DNA from: Malacoraja senta
Taxonomy: Eukaryota
Direction of reading: 5' to 3'
DNA length: 64,000 bases
NCBI GenBank assembly: GCA_038087875.1
Contig: CM075997.1
Coordinates: 2,420,001 to 2,484,000 of the forward strand
The notes beneath the pieces were generated by a model. That model saw only the letters and a program-made list of their open reading frames with translations. It searched no databases and was not told the origin of the DNA. This document shows positions 50,435 to 64,000 of the stretch, in pieces. Within the stretch, counting starts at the first letter, position 1. Each line of letters starts with the position of its first letter. Both the position numbers and the translations under genes were made by a program.

Positions 50435-52678
50435 GTCAGGACCCTTCTACAGACTATATGTGAAGGGGGGGGGCGAAGAAAGTGGGAAGAGAGGAGGAAA
50501 ACAATAAAGCATGGCAGGTAATAGGTGGATACAGGTGAGTGGGGGAGATGGGGGGAGGGGGTTGATAGGTAGATGGTTGGCCAAAGATGAAAAGACAGGC
50601 GGTGTGAGACAAAAGGATTGAAGAGTTGTGAATTGTGAAGTGAGAGGAAGGTGGAAGGGGAAGGGGAAGGGGAGGGGAGAAACAGGTGAATGAAAGTAAG
50701 TCACCCTAAATCCCAAAGGAGATATCACAGTCAGACAAATCTTGATGAAAGATTCATCTGTGGAATTCTCTGCCTCAGAGGGCGGTAGAGGCCGGATCTC
50801 TGGATGCTTTCAAGCAAGAGCTAGATAGGGCTCTTAAAAATAGTGGAGTCAGGGGATATGGGGAGAAGGCAGGAACGGGGTACTGATTGGGGATGATCAG
50901 CCATGATCACATTGAATGGTGGTGCTGGCTCAAAGGGCCGAATGGCCTACTCCTGCATCTATTGTCTATTGTCTATTGAAAGGTATTCAGTCACAAGCCA
51001 TGTGCCTACAACCAAAGCCCTAGATCTATTCTCCCTAGAAAGACACAAAAAGCTGGAGTAACTCAGCGGGACAGGCAGCATCTCTGGAGAGAAGGAATGG
51101 GTGACGTTTCGGGTCGAGATCTTTCTTCAGACTGGTTATGGATAAGGGAAACGAGAGATATAGGCGATGATGTAGAGAGATAACGAACAATGAATGAAAG
51201 ATATGCAAGAAAGTAACAATGATGAAGGAAACAGGCCATTGTTAGCTGTTTGTTGGATGATAATGAGAAGCCGGTGCGACTTGGGAGGGGGAGGGATAGA
51301 GAGAGAGGGATTGCCGGGGCTACCTGTAGTGAGACAAAACAATATTCATACCACTGGGCTCCCTACATTCTTATCAACACCCTAGACTATCCCACTCACC
51401 TACACACTTGGGGCAATTCACAGCGGCCGATTAACTTCCTAATTTGCAGGTCTTTGGGGTATGGGAGGAAACCAGAGCACCCAGAGGAAACCCACAGAGT
51501 CATAGGGGGAATGTGCAAATTCCACACAGAAGGCACCGGAGGTCAGGATTGAACCCGGGTCCCCGGATTTGTAAGGCAGCAGCTCTAATAGTTGCGACAC
51601 TGTGCCGCCATCCATTATATTTGGCAAAAAAGAGAAGTGGGGGTGACGTGAAGAATACAAACCACAAATACAAAGCCCATGCATCACAGAGACACTCCCC
51701 CACCATACGACTGTGGGAAGGAATGGAAGGGTTTCGTGCCGAGACCCTTCTTCAGACTTATCCCGAAACGTCACCCATTCCTTCTCTCCAGAGATGCTGC
51801 CTGTCCCACTGTCTTCAGTTTAAACCAGCATCTGCAATGCCTTCCCACACATAGGACTTTGGGAGATGGACACAGATTTAAAGGAAACTTTCAAAAATGA
51901 ATTAAATAAAAAAGAGAAGAGATCAAAAGCCAAGGCGATGGGGAAAGATAAAGTGGACGTATTCCCGCCCACCCACACTCCAAAGACGTACAGGTTTGTA
52001 GGTTAATTGGCTTGGTACAAGTGTACATTGTTCCTAGTGTATGTAGGATAGTGTTAATGTGCATGGATCGCTGGTCGGCCCGGACTCGGTGGGCCGAAGG
52101 GCCTGTTTCCGCGCTGCATCTCTAAATTAAACTAAACTAATTGCAAGGGGACCTTCAATGAGCTAGGTTTAACGATGGGCCGAATGGCCTGATTTCTGTA
52201 GGACTCTAAATTTAAAAGCAGCATTTATAAGTGCAAATGTTATTTTGGATGGATTAGTTTTAAAATAATTTGCAGATTGATTGGTATGAAATGTATTTGG
52301 AAGGGCCTGTTGAAGTGGCTCTTTAATCCTTTCCTCATTTTTATCTTCATTTCTGTTTTGCAATTGCGGGATTCTCTAGTGTCCTCTCCTGCTGGAGATG
52401 CCCGCAGCAGCGGAGACAGCTCTCTGCCTCATGTTCTGCACAATGGGTAGCTCTCGCTACACTGAGTCAGATACATGAGTTCAAAATGCAGAGTAGAGTG
52501 CTGAACGAGTGTCCTTTCTCAGAACTCAATTTACATTGAAGCCCTTTATGTCGGGGTGGACGTGAAATAAAGAATCCCCTGACTTATTTATCAATCAAAC
52601 CAACATCTATTAGAGATTACGTGTAGGAAGGAACTGCAGATGCTGGTTTAAACCGAAGTTGACAAAATGGTGGAGTAA

Positions 52679-53323
52679 AGGGCTGTCCCACTTTCACGAC
52701 CTAATTCACGACCTCTGCCGAGTTTGCCCTTGACTCATACTCGCAGCATGGTCGTCACGAAGTCGTAGGAGGTCGTCGGTAGGTCGTAGCAGGCCGTGAT
52801 GCTAGTCGTAGGTACTCGTGGCATCAAGTAGGTCGGGGCGGTTTTTCTAGCCTGATGAAAAATGTCCACGCGTAAAAAAGGTTGTGAATCAGGAGTTTAG
52901 AAGGATGAGGGGATCTCATTGAAACATATAAGATTGTTAAGGGCTTGGACACACTAGAGGCAGGAAACATGTTCCCAATGTTGGGGGAGTCCAGAACCAG
53001 GGGCCACAGTTTAAGAATAAGGAGTAAGCCATTTAGAACGGAGACGAGGAAACATTTTTTCTCACAGAGAGTGGTGAGTCTGTGGAATTCTCTGCGTCAG
53101 AGGGCGGTGGAGGCAGGTTCTCTGGATGCTTTCAAGAGAGAGCTAGATAGGGCTCTTAAAAATAACGGAGTCAGGGGATATGGGGAGAAGGCAGGAACAG
53201 GGTACTGATTGGGGATGATCAGCCATGATCACATTGAATGGCGGTGCTGGCTCAAAGGGCCGAATGGCCTACTCCTGCACCTATTGTCTATTGTCTATAG
53301 GTCCTGATAGTGGGACAGGCCCT
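52679..53323. mobile_element. PIF/Harbinger-type MITE containing a CR1 3' fragment (about 52891-53298)
   Basis: TAA TSD (52676-78 and 53324-26); CR1 tail interrupts the right subterminal region. Confidence 0.88.
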
Positions 53324-54409
53324 TAACTCATCTGGACGGGCAGCATCTCTGGAGGTTCCCCCTGGACCACGTGGGTCTCCTCCCATACTCCAAAGACATG
53401 CGGGTTTGTAGTTTATTTGGCTTTGGTAAAATTGTAAAGTTGTCCCTACCGTGTAGGATAATGTTAGTGTGCGGGGTGATCGGTGGTCAGTGCGGATTCG
53501 GTGGGCCGAAGGGCCTGTTTCCAGTCTGCATCTCTAAAAGTAAGGAACCCGGTAGAGGTCTACAACATCATCATGGGCATTGTAATGCTAGATCTGTGGA
53601 ATTCTCTGCCACAGAAGGCAGTGGAGGCCAATTCACTGGATGTTTTCAAGAGAGAGTCAGATCTAGCTCTTTGGGGCTAACGGAATCAAGCGATATGGGG
53701 AGAAAGCAGGAACAGGCTGGTCTGAAGAAGGGTCTTGACCTGAAACATCACCCATTCCTTCTCTCCAGAGATGCTGCCTGTCGCGCTGAGTTACTCCAGC
53801 ATTTTGTGTCTGGCTTCGGTTTGAGTTTGGATGATCAGCCTTGATCATATTCAATGGCGGTGCTGGCTCGAAGGGCCATATGGCCTACTCGTGCACCTAG
53901 TTTCTATGTTTCTATGTTTCTAGATTCACCATATGGCAGAGGTGGCCAAAATCAGAGTGTGCGTAGCAGAAAGATTTGGGGTAGGAAGGACCAAGTGGAT
54001 GCACGGATGGCTTTTGGCACTCAGAGGGTAGTTGGAATCTGGAATGGTGTGAGTGGATGGTAGAGTCAGATAACTGTTAAGATGTTTATAGAAATGCATC
54101 TGAATCACCAAGAAAACTACGGACCAGTGCTGAAAAATGAGATTAATGCAGATCGATAAATGAAGGTTGGTTGAAGAGCTGGCCCTATATTAGAACGGTA
54201 ACGTTGTCATGAAGTGCTGACTAGCCTTGGCCTGATCCTATTTCTTCTGTCAAGCTCATCAATTAAATCAGAAGCCACCCTGGGTCACTCCAGTCCAAGC
54301 TGCTCCACAACAATTTGCATTTATATAGGATTTGCATTTTTATTGCTTTATATAAATCAAGGCACGTCTCCAGAAGCTGAAACTGACACACAGAGCAAGA
54401 CATGGATGT

Positions 54410-56567
54410 CATAGAAACATAGAAACATAGAAAATAGGTGCAGGAGTAGGCCATTCGGCCCTTCGAGCCTGCACCGCCATTTGATATGATCATGGCTGAT
54501 CATCCAACTCAGTATCCCATCCCTGCCTTCTCTCCATACCCCCTGATCCCTTTAGCCACAAGGGCCACATCTAACTCCCTCTTAAATATAGCCAATGAAC
54601 TGGCCTCAACTACCTTCTGTGGCAGAGAATTCCACAGATTCACCACTCTCTGTGTAAAAAACGATTTCCTCATCTCGGTCCTAAAAGTCTTCCCTCTTAT
54701 CCTTAAACTGTGACCCCTAGTTCTGGACTTCCCCAACATCGGGAATAATCTTCCTGCATCTAGCCTGTCCAACCCCTTAAGAATTTTGTAAGTTTCTATG
54801 AGATCCCCCCTCAGTCTTCTGAATTCCAACGTGTACAAGCCGAGTCTATCCAGTCTTTCCTCATATGAAAGTCCTGCCATCCCAGGAATCAGTCTGGTGA
54901 ACCTTCTCTGTACTCCCTCTATGGCAAGAATGTCTTTCCTACCAAAACTGTATGCAATACTCCAGGTGTGGTCTCACCAAGACCCTGTACAACTGCAGTA
55001 GAACCTCCCTGCTCTTATACTCAAATCCTTTTGCTATGAATGCTAACATACCATTTGCTTTCTTCACTGCCTGCTGCACCTGCATTCCTACTTTCAATGA
55101 CTGGTGTACCATGACACCCAGGTCTCGTTGCATCTCCCCTTTTCCTAATCGGCCACCATTCAGATAATAGTCTACTTTCCTGTTTTTGCCACCAAAGTGG
55201 ATAACCTCACATTTATCCACATTATACTGCATCTGCCATGCCTTTGCCCACTCACCCAACCTATCCAAGTCACCTTGCAGCCTCCTAGCATCCTCCTCAC
55301 AGCTAACACTGCCCCCCAGCTTCGTGTCATCCGCAAACTTGGAGATGTTGCATTCAATTCCTTCATCCAGATCATTAATATATATTGTAAATAACCGGGG
55401 TCCCAGCACTGAGCCTTGCGGTACCCCACTAGTACCCCTTGTCGAAAGCCTTCTGAAAGTCCAGATATAATACATCCACTGGTTCTCCCTTATCCACTCT
55501 ACTAGTTACATCCTCGAAAAATTCTATAAGATTCGTCAGACATGATTTACCTTTCATAAATCCATGCTGACTTTGTCCAATGAACTCACCACTTTCCAAA
55601 TGTGCTGCTATCCCATCTTTAATAACTGACTCCAGAATTTTCCCCACCACCGATGTTAGACTAACTGGTCTGTAATTCCCCGTTTTCTCACTCCCTCCCT
55701 TTTTAAAAAGTGGGGTTACATTAGCTACCCTCCAGTCCTCAGGAACTACTCCAGAATCTAAAGAGTTTTGAAAAATTATCACTAATGCATCCACTATTTC
55801 TGCGGCTACTTCCTTAAGTACTCTGGGATGCAACTTATCCGGCCCTGGGGATTTATCGGCCTTTAATCCATTCAATTTACCTAACACCACTTCCCGGCTA
55901 ACCTGGATTTCACTCAGTTCCTCCATCTCATTTAACCCCTGGTCCCTTGCTATTTCCGGCAGATTATTTATGTCTTCCTTAGTGAAGACAGAACCAAAGT
56001 AATTATTCAATAAGTCTGCCATGTCCTTGTTCCCCATGATCAATTCGCCTGTTTCTGACTGCAAGGGACCTACATTTGTTTTAACTAATCTTTTCCTCTT
56101 GACATATCTATAAAAACTTTTTATGTTCCCTGCCAATTTTCTTTCATAATCTATTTTCCCTTTCCTAATTAAGCCTTTTGTCCTCCTCTGCTGGACTCCG
56201 AATTTCTCCCAGTCCTCTGGTAGGCTGCTTGTTCTGGTTAATTTGTAGGCTTCCTCTTTTGTTTTGATACTATCCCTGATTTCCCTTGTTATCCACGGAT
56301 GCACTACCTTCCCTGATTTATTCTTTTGCCAAACTGGGATGAACACTTGTCGTAGTTCATCCATGCAGTTTTTAAATGCCTTCCATTGCATATCCACCGT
56401 CAACCCTTTAAGAATCATTGGCCAGTCTATCTTGGCCAATTCACGTCTCATACCCTCAAAGTCACCTTTCTTTAAGTTCAGGACCTTTGTTTCTGAATTA
56501 ACAATGTCACTCTCCATCCTAATGAAGAACTCAACCATATTATGGTCACTCTTGCCCAAGGCTTCAC
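54410..56567 (-). mobile_element. CR1 LINE, 5'-truncated, about 2.2 kb of ORF2 with internal deletions
   Basis: KSPGPD, NYRPVSLTS, QHGF, LDFQKAFD, GVPQGSVLGP and FADD motifs; deletion between KAFDK and SGVPQG near 55435; (ttctatgt)n tail. Confidence 0.95.
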
Positions 56568-56730
56568 CCAAAAGCAATTTAAGAGAGAAGTCTTTGGTAA
56601 ATAGACTTAGAGGTTCAGGGAGAGAGTTGCAGAGTCTTTAAGCTTCAATAGCTGAAGGCATGATGCTAACAAGGTCAAAGATTGGAAGAAATTTGGAAGT
56701 TCAACCTTGGGCAGATGTGAACATAAAGAC

Positions 56731-57190
56731 ATCTTTCATATGAGGAAAGGTTGGAATGACTGGGCTTGTATTCACTGGAATTTAGAAGGATGAGAGTGGA
56801 TCTAATAGAAATGTATACAATTATAAAAGGACTGGACAAGCTAGATGCAGGAAAACATTTCCCAGTGTTGGGGGAGTCCAGAACCAGGGGCCTCAATCGA
56901 AGAATAAAGGGGAGACCATTTAAAACTGAGATGAGAAAAAACGTTTTCACCCAGAGTGTTGTGAAATTGTGGAATTCTCTGCCGCAGAAGGCAGTGGATG
57001 CCAAATCACTGGATGCATTTAAAAGAGAGTTAGATAGAGTTCTCGGGGCTAGCGGAATCAAGGGATATGGGGAGAAAGCAGGCACATGTTACTGATTGTG
57101 GATGATCAGCCATGATCACAATGAATGGCGGTGCTGGCTCGAAGGGCCAAATGGCCCCCTTCTTCACCTATTTTCTATGTTCTATTTTCT
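56731..57190 (+). mobile_element. CR1 LINE 3' fragment
   Basis: YSLEFRRMR...[11 protein letters not shown]. Confidence 0.9.
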
Positions 57191-57488
57191 AAGATTAAAA
57201 TTTTACACTTGAGGCACTATAGATGAGACATGAAAAGTATTAAAAAATCATGAGGGTTGAGGATGTTGCCCTTGTCCGAAGCAAACTCAGACAGTAAACT
57301 ACAGAACATTGATTCCCAAAATAACTATTTCTCCCATCCTTCAACTAGATATCATAAAACAGTTCAGATAAAACATAAGGCATGGGAATAGAAAGAAGGC
57401 AGGAAAATAATGGGAGAATTGGATAAGGGGGAAAGAAGGTTGACAGCATAACAATGACTTGCATTTATATAACTTCCTTAGGTGACCT

Positions 57489-57770
57489 AGTTTAGTTTGG
57501 TGATACAGCGGAGAAACAGGCCCTTCAGCCCACCGAGTCCACACTGACCAGCGATCCCCGCACATTAACACTACCCTACACACACTAGGGACAGTTTTAC
57601 ATTTATCCCAAGCTAACCTGCACGTCTTTGGAATGTGGAAGGAAACCGAAGATCTTGGAGAAAACCCAGGCAGGTCTTGGGTAGAAAGTACAAACTCCGT
57701 ACAGACAGCGCCCGTAGTCAGGATCGAACCGGGGTCTCTGGCACTGTAAGGCAGTAACTCCGTGCCGCCC
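57489..57770 (-). mobile_element. V-SINE (HE1-like)
   Basis: B-box, V-domain, CR1-like tail. Confidence 0.87.
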
Positions 57771-58742
57771 TTGTAATCATGTGAAACCTGATTTGCAGGT
57801 ATCACGGGCAGATAATATGACTAGTAGCTGCCTCCACCTTCAGCTTCACTCCCCCATCTGGCTCTATCTGCACATCAATCTTCACCCCCACCTCCTCAGT
57901 CGACAGGGATACAGGCCAAACGCACACAAGTGGGACTAGTGTAGATGGGACATATTGGTCAGCATGGGCAAGTTGGGCTGAAGGGCCTGTTTCCATGCTG
58001 CATGCCTCTATGAGGATATGGGGAAAATGCCGGAACGTGTACTGATTTTTGGATGATCAGCCATGATCATATTGAATGGCAGTGCTGGCTCCAAAGGGCC
58101 AAATAGCCTACTCCTGCACTTGTGGTTGGAGGGAGAACGTGCAAACTCCATACGGACAGCACCCGCGGTCGGGATAGAACCTGGATCCCCGGAGCTGTGA
58201 AGCCGTGACACTAACTGCTACATCGCTATCGAACAATTTTACATCCTTAACTACAGCAATAGCACTATCCACCTGGCAGTCAATGTTACTTTATCGAATA
58301 ATTCAATCTTCAGACAAAGACAATGTAATTTGCTTTTATTCGCTCGCTCATTCTTTAAGAAGAGTCTGCACATGTTGTCCCTGATTATTGTCACTAATGG
58401 TTTTGCCAACATGCACATTCGACTGACTGCTCTGTAATTTCCAGGATTAGTCGTCTGCCCACTTGTAAGCAGACAGATAACATTGGCAATCATCTAACTT
58501 TCTCATCCAAGTCTCTTATATAACAGCCCAACCATTGCAACATCTCAACAGCTCAGTAAGTGTCCCACCTCGACAGGTATCTTAACTACTTGGAGTACTC
58601 TTTTATGTACTTTGCTCCATCTGTTCTAAATCACTTCCTATATCCTTTATTTCTTTATTATGCCATTGATAACATTGATAACATCTTCTTTCGGATAGCT
58701 AACAAGTGGGTGGGACAGTGGCACAAGATACAAGATACAAAA

Positions 58743-58959
58743 TAGACAAAAGTGCTGGAGAAACTCAGCGGGTGCAGCAGCATCTATGGAGCGAAGGAAA
58801 TAGGCAACGTTTCAGGCCGAAACCCTTCTGCAGACTCGAAACGTTTCGGCCCGAAAAGTTGCCCATTTCCTTCGCTCCATAGATGCTGCTGCACCCGCTG
58901 AGTTTCTCCAGCACTTTTGTCTACCTTCGATTTTCCAGCATCTGCAGTTCCTTCTTAAA
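58743..58959. mobile_element. Palindromic Penelope-derived insertion
   Basis: Near-perfect inverted arms; sits within a (caagata)n tract. Confidence 0.82.
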
Positions 58960-59339
58960 CAAGATACAAGATACATTTATTTGTCACATGTGCCAGTTGG
59001 CACAGTGAAATGTGTGGTCACCATACTGCCATACAATTAAAATAAAGAACACCACACACGATAGAGTTCAACATAAAACATCCCCACACAGCAGAATCAA
59101 AGTTTCCCACTGTGAGGGAAGGCACCAAAGTTCAGTCATCTTCCTCCGTTGTTCTTAATGTTCACCCGTGGTCGGGGCCTCCCGAGCCCTCCGCAGTTGC
59201 CGCTACGGGTGGCCCGATATTCAGGCCCGCTCGCCTGGATGGAACTCCGACCTCGGAGAACAACCTCCGCGGCTTGGACCTCTGAATTGACCGCTTCCTA
59301 CCAGAGTCCGCGACTCCCGGAGTCCACAGGCCGCGCTGG

Positions 59340-59640
59340 GCACAGGGGTAGAGTTGCTGCCTTACAATGCCAGAGACCCGGGTTCCATCCTGCCAATCAG
59401 TGCTGCTGTACCAAGTTTGTACATTCTCCCTGTGACCGCGTGGGTTTTCTCCGGGCGTTCTGGTTTCCTCCCACATCCAAAAGACGTACAGTTTTGTAGG
59501 TTAATTGACTTCTACAAATTGTAAATTGTCCCTAGTGTGTAGGGTAGTGCTAGTGTACGTGGTGATTGCTGGTCGGCATGGACTCGGTGGGCCGAAGGGC
59601 CTGATTCCACGTTGCATCTCTAAAGTCTAAAGTCCAAAGT
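59340..59640 (+). mobile_element. V-SINE (HE1-like)
   Basis: B-box, V-domain, CR1-like tail; further partial copies near 16900, 28100-28650, 30945, 32790, 41030-41490, 51400, 51970 and 53370. Confidence 0.87.
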
Positions 59641-61809
59641 GCTCTTCTGAACACCATGGTTTGTGCATCCGTTGGATTCCTTTTGGTTTCTAAGCAGCTC
59701 CACCATTCTTTCTACGACCCATTAATTAATTTTACAAGCCATTCATGTTGCCGTGTCCGCAGTTGTTACTGTATTTTCCTATTCTTTCTTTGCCCTGCTT
59801 TCTTCAGTGTTTGGTTGAGTCTTATCCTGAGTTATCAACCTGCCATTTTCTCATTCAGAAGACACAGGATCTGTTGGCCAGGCAATATATTTATTACCCA
59901 CTCTATGATGACTTGATCAGGTTGTTGTGGGTCTGTTGTCACTTAATAATAATATTACAATAATAATATATTTTATTGCCATTGCACAGAGGTACAACGA
60001 GATTTGGTATGCAGCTTCCATCCGATGTAAGAACTGAATTAACTAATTAACTAAAAATTTAGACACCCAGAGAAACAAGATTGGAAAAAAACAGTAAAAC
60101 AGTGTAAAGTGCAAATGTGTCTGTGCCGGGTCGATGTGCGACATCACCATCCGAGGGAGACAGTTCATGGGGGGTGGGGGGCACTCAGCAGGGCCGGTTC
60201 AGAACAGCTATAGCTCTGTTCCTAAGTCTGGAGGTGCGGGCGTAGAAGGCCTTGTAACGTCTGCTGGAAGGTAGATGTTCGAACAGATGTGAGGAGTCTT
60301 TGTGAATGAGGGCCAGACCAAACAAAGAGAGCAGATTCCCTTCCCTGGAGGCTATTAGTAGATTCAAGATCACCATTACTGATAATATTTACTTAATTAC
60401 TCAAATTTAAATTCCCCAGCTCTCATGGTGATATCTGACCCCCTTCAGAAACTTCAGAAAATTAACCACGAGGCAACCATGTCACATTTTATCTCCATGT
60501 TAAACTCGCTCTTGCCCATCAAGTCTGGACGATTTGCCTAACGCTGGTCTTACACTAAAGGATACAAAATGCTGGAGGAACTCAGCGGGTCAGGCAGCAT
60601 CTCTGGAGAACATGGGTAGGAGACATTTCAGGTCGAGACCCGTCTTCAGATGCCAACCCTCAACCCGAAACATCTCTATCCATGTGTAGGAAGGAACTGC
60701 AGATGCTGGTTTAAACCGAAGATAGACACACAAATGCTGCAGTAACTTGGCGGACAGGCAGCATCTCTGGAGAGAAGGAATGGGTGACGTTTCGGGTCGG
60801 GTTTGAAGCTCTCAACCCGAAACGCCACCCATTCCTTCTCTTCAGGGATGCTGCCTGTCCCGCTGAGTTACTCCAGCATTTTGTGTCACATCTCTATCCA
60901 TGTTCTCCAGAGATGTTGCCAGACCAGCGTGGAGAGGGACTTTGATTCGTGGGATGACCAGATGGAGGAGATGGCTGCATCAGGCCTTTATGGCCAGCTG
61001 TAGCTGGGACTGTAGAATGGTGCCAAAATAGCACCTCTTGCATATGGACTCAGTGGGTTGCTCTGCCTGTACTAACCGGCGACATGTGCTCATGTATGAT
61101 CATAGTCTTGCCATACATATGCAAAAAATGTTTATCACTGTACCCTGGTACATGTGACAATAAAGAAACCACTGAACCCGCTGAGTTACTCCAGCACTTT
61201 GTGTCCTTTTGTGCATTAACCAGCATCCATGCTTCCTTGTTCCTGCTGGTCTTTCGCTGCTGAGGAGCAACCCTCCCACTGCACAATGAACCCGCGGCCA
61301 TCGGTACCTGGGTCAACTGAGCCCGCGGCTGGGGTCTGGGTTGGCGACATGGAGAGGACCCGGTGGCGTTGGTGGAGAGGTCGGCGCTGCGGTCGATGAT
61401 GGCGCCGACCGACGGACGAGGACGGACCACGTGGAAGTGAGGACATCGCTGCCGAGGGATGGAGCAAAGGAGGACCGGCGTGGGGGACCGTCATGAGGGA
61501 GGGGGGGGGGGGAACAATGGACAATGTGGGACTCGGCGTAGGGGGAACGCTGTGAGGAGGGGGGGAGAGAACAAAATGGGACCTGGCGCGGGGGTACTTT
61601 GTAACTTCGTACACGCCCTTTATGGGCGACTATTTGCATACCTTGGGTATGCAAGCAAAGAATTTCACTGTGACTTCTCACATGTGACAATAAAGTATGC
61701 ATTCAATTCAAGTCAGTACTTTAGAAGCTATCCTAAGAAATCATATGTATACATTCATTTGCAGGATAAATGACTCTAAAAATGTAATTATTGTGGCCTT
61801 GTCAAACAT

Positions 61810-61947
61810 GGGGTGGAAGATTGCAACCTTCACGTGGTCTGCCCTGTTTCGACTAATGCAATCAACTCGACGTGCACAAAGGGAACATCAAATAGAACAA
61901 GTTGCCCAACAACTTTAGGCTGTGCACGCCACACAGAAGAAGAAGAA
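61810..61947 (+). mobile_element. HDV-ribozyme-headed short retroposon, copy D
   Basis: 9-bp TSD gtcaaacat (61801-61809 and 61948-61956); (GAA)4 tail; fold preserved, with a C-to-U change in P1 giving a G-U pair. Confidence 0.9.
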
Positions 61948-62244
61948 GTCAAACATAAGGTTTAGCATTACATGCTACGAATCCCAGTTGTGGAGACACT
62001 GGTATCGCTGTCTCGTTGTAGGACAATGATCCTTCTTTTATTCTGGATTTTAATTCATGTATTATATATTTTTTAAATATATAATTTATGATGCTTTTAT
62101 AAGTGATATACTAAGATTTTATATGTACTTTATGATATTTTTTTAATATACAATGTATTTTTATGTAATATTGCCCCTTGTCTGGACCTTGAGTCCGAAA
62201 TAAAGTTTATTATTATTATTATTAATTCAACAATGATCACCTAC

Positions 62245-62328
62245 CTCATCTGTGATCTGGTCAGCACACCGCTGCATTTCATCCTGCTCGGACCTGGGGT
62301 CCATATTGTTTTCCAGGTTATTCTCCAT
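62245..62328 (-). CDS. snap25: SNAP-25 first coding exon (exon 2 in mammalian numbering): MENNLENNMDPRSEQDEMQRCADQITDE
   Basis: ATG at 62328-62326 in good Kozak context (gcatcATGG); donor GAG|gtaggt at 62244; probable acceptor tttgtgtttcag ending at 62399, so the exon spans about 62245-62398 including 5' UTR; translation joins in phase to the next exon. Confidence 0.93.
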
Positions 62329-62792
62329 GATGCTGCCTTGTTTCTGACCGTCAGGTGTCTACAGATGGTGGGCTTCAGCAGGTTCCGCCGGATAGTGACT
62401 GAAACACAAAATGGAGGACGCTTTCGGTTATTGACCATGTTTTGAACCTGACAATCGGTGCCCAGAGGAAGAACTGGGAAGTCCACAAACAATGATGACG
62501 TTACTACTTTTTTTTCTGGAGGTGAAAGCGACAAGTCTCACAAACTGGTTTACAAGACTGTGTTCTCCAGGTATTCTACAGCAAACTGACCTCCCTACCT
62601 ACAATCAGTCTGACGAAGCGTCCCGACCTGAAATGTCACTTGTCCATGTTCTCCAGAACTGCCGCCTGATCCATCGAGTTACTATAGCGCCTTGTGTCAT
62701 AAGTTCATATCATAAGTGATAGGAGCAGAATTAGGCCATTTGGCCCTTCAAGTCTACTCCTCCATTCAATCATTTCAACGACATTTCTAGGT

Positions 62793-63445
62793 CCCTACCT
62801 GGTTGGTGAGGCAGCTTTTTCTCCGGGCTGCCCCGTCGACCTGTCCTCGTGGCCTACCAGCAGGCCTGGAGCACCGTTTCCTGGCGGCAACCGCCCTGCC
62901 ACTCGGCTTCGGTGGCGGCACAGCGCTGGAGCGCTGTCGCGGAGCGTAGCGGGCGATGCTTTGCCTGGATCGCCGCGCTGGATCGACGCGCTGGAGCTCC
63001 GGTAAGCTGTGACCGCCAAGGTCAACACCTCCGGGCTGCGGGACTGCGGAGAGGATCGGGCGGCGCCGACTTTAACATCGGGAGCCTTGGAGCTCCAAAC
63101 CGGCACGGCCTTGTCGGCTTCGGTAGCTGCGGCCTCCAGTGAGGGATGCGGCCGTTCCAGGTGGCCCAGCCGCTACAGGACTCTCCCGACGCCGGGGCAA
63201 CATCACCCGGTGAGAACGTCCAGGAACATCGGGCCTCCGTAGAGGCAATAGCGGAGGCCTCAATAGGCCTGACTTTGGTGAACTGGGGTTGGGGACTGGA
63301 CATTGTGCCTTCCCCCACAGTGGTAACCATGTGGGGGGATGATTTTTGTATGTTGTGTCTATGTTAGTCTGTGTCCAAGATGGCGGTCGGAGGGGAGAGT
63401 GGACGCTGGCACGGTTTAGCTGCCGCTGCTCTCTCCTCCTTCTGT
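62793..63445. repeat. Unclassified GC/CpG-rich segment, probably repeat-derived
   Basis: Abrupt compositional shift, no recognisable protein; contains caagatggcgg (YY1-like) near 63376. Confidence 0.4.
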
Positions 63446-63766
63446 GGCAATGGATTCCACCCTTTGTGTAAACCAGCATCTGCAGTGCCTTGTTTCTGGA
63501 TTTGACCTCCTTTCAACACAGCAAAGGCATGCATTTATCATCCTTGAATCTTTTGCTCATCACAACGCCAAAATATGGCAACTGTGCATCTGTGGGTTGT
63601 CCAACAGAATCTCACTGTCATGTGCATATATGACAACAAAGAACCATTGAACCTTGTCATTTTTTAATGTCCATCTGACTAGACATATATTGCTTCAGTT
63701 TAATAGTCTCGTTGTCTATCAATCATACTCTACAGTCATCTCCATACATCTATTGCTAGATTCTTG

Positions 63767-64000
63767 CTATTGAGGGAGTGCAGCGTAGGTTTACAAGGTT
63801 AATTCCCGGGATGGCGGGACTGTCATATGCTGAGAGAATGGAGCAGCTGGGCTTGTGTACTCTGGAGTTTAGAAGGATGAAAGGGCATCTCATTGAAACA
63901 TATAAGATTGTTAAGGGTTTAGACATGCTAGAGGCTGGAAACATGTTCCCGATGTTGGGGGAGTCCAGAACCAGGGGTCACAGTTTAAGAATAAGGAGTA
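63767..64000 (+). mobile_element. CR1 LINE 3' fragment running off the window edge
   Basis: Near-identical to 29715 onward. Confidence 0.9.

Noticed and set aside
62793..63445. CpG-island promoter or exon 1 of snap25
   Set aside because: Embedded among repeat fragments, and I found no convincing minus-strand exon/donor; more likely a GC-rich repeat, though not excluded without TSS data

Overview
Eukaryotic genomic DNA from a cartilaginous fish, most likely a skate or ray (inferred from HE1/V-SINEs, CR1 LINE tails and a protein matching my recollection of Torpedo SNAP-25). The window holds the complete coding region of one minus-strand gene, a SNAP-25 neuronal Qbc-SNARE. It has 7 coding exons (84+42+49+118+135+145+60 = 633 nt, 210 aa) spread over about 60.5 kb, all with GT-AG splice sites; a non-coding first exon was not found in the window. 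The introns are dominated by mobile DNA: tRNA-derived V-SINEs, CR1, L2, Rex1 and L1/Tx1 LINE fragments, a full-length Passport-like Tc1 transposon, a Penelope-like element (RT plus GIY-YIG), nine PIF/Harbinger-type MITEs and one hAT-type MITE. Two predicted self-cleaving ribozyme systems stand out. (1) A ~140-bp retroposon family (4 copies, with TSDs and a (GAA)n tail) whose first 54 nt fold into a minimal HDV-like ribozyme; one intact copy is sense to the SNAP25 pre-mRNA. (2) Many Penelope-derived minimal hammerhead motifs, often in short palindromic, TSD-flanked insertions. Almost all short ORFs in the supplied track are repeat-derived or spurious. Ribozyme folds were assigned by eye and have not been tested for activity.
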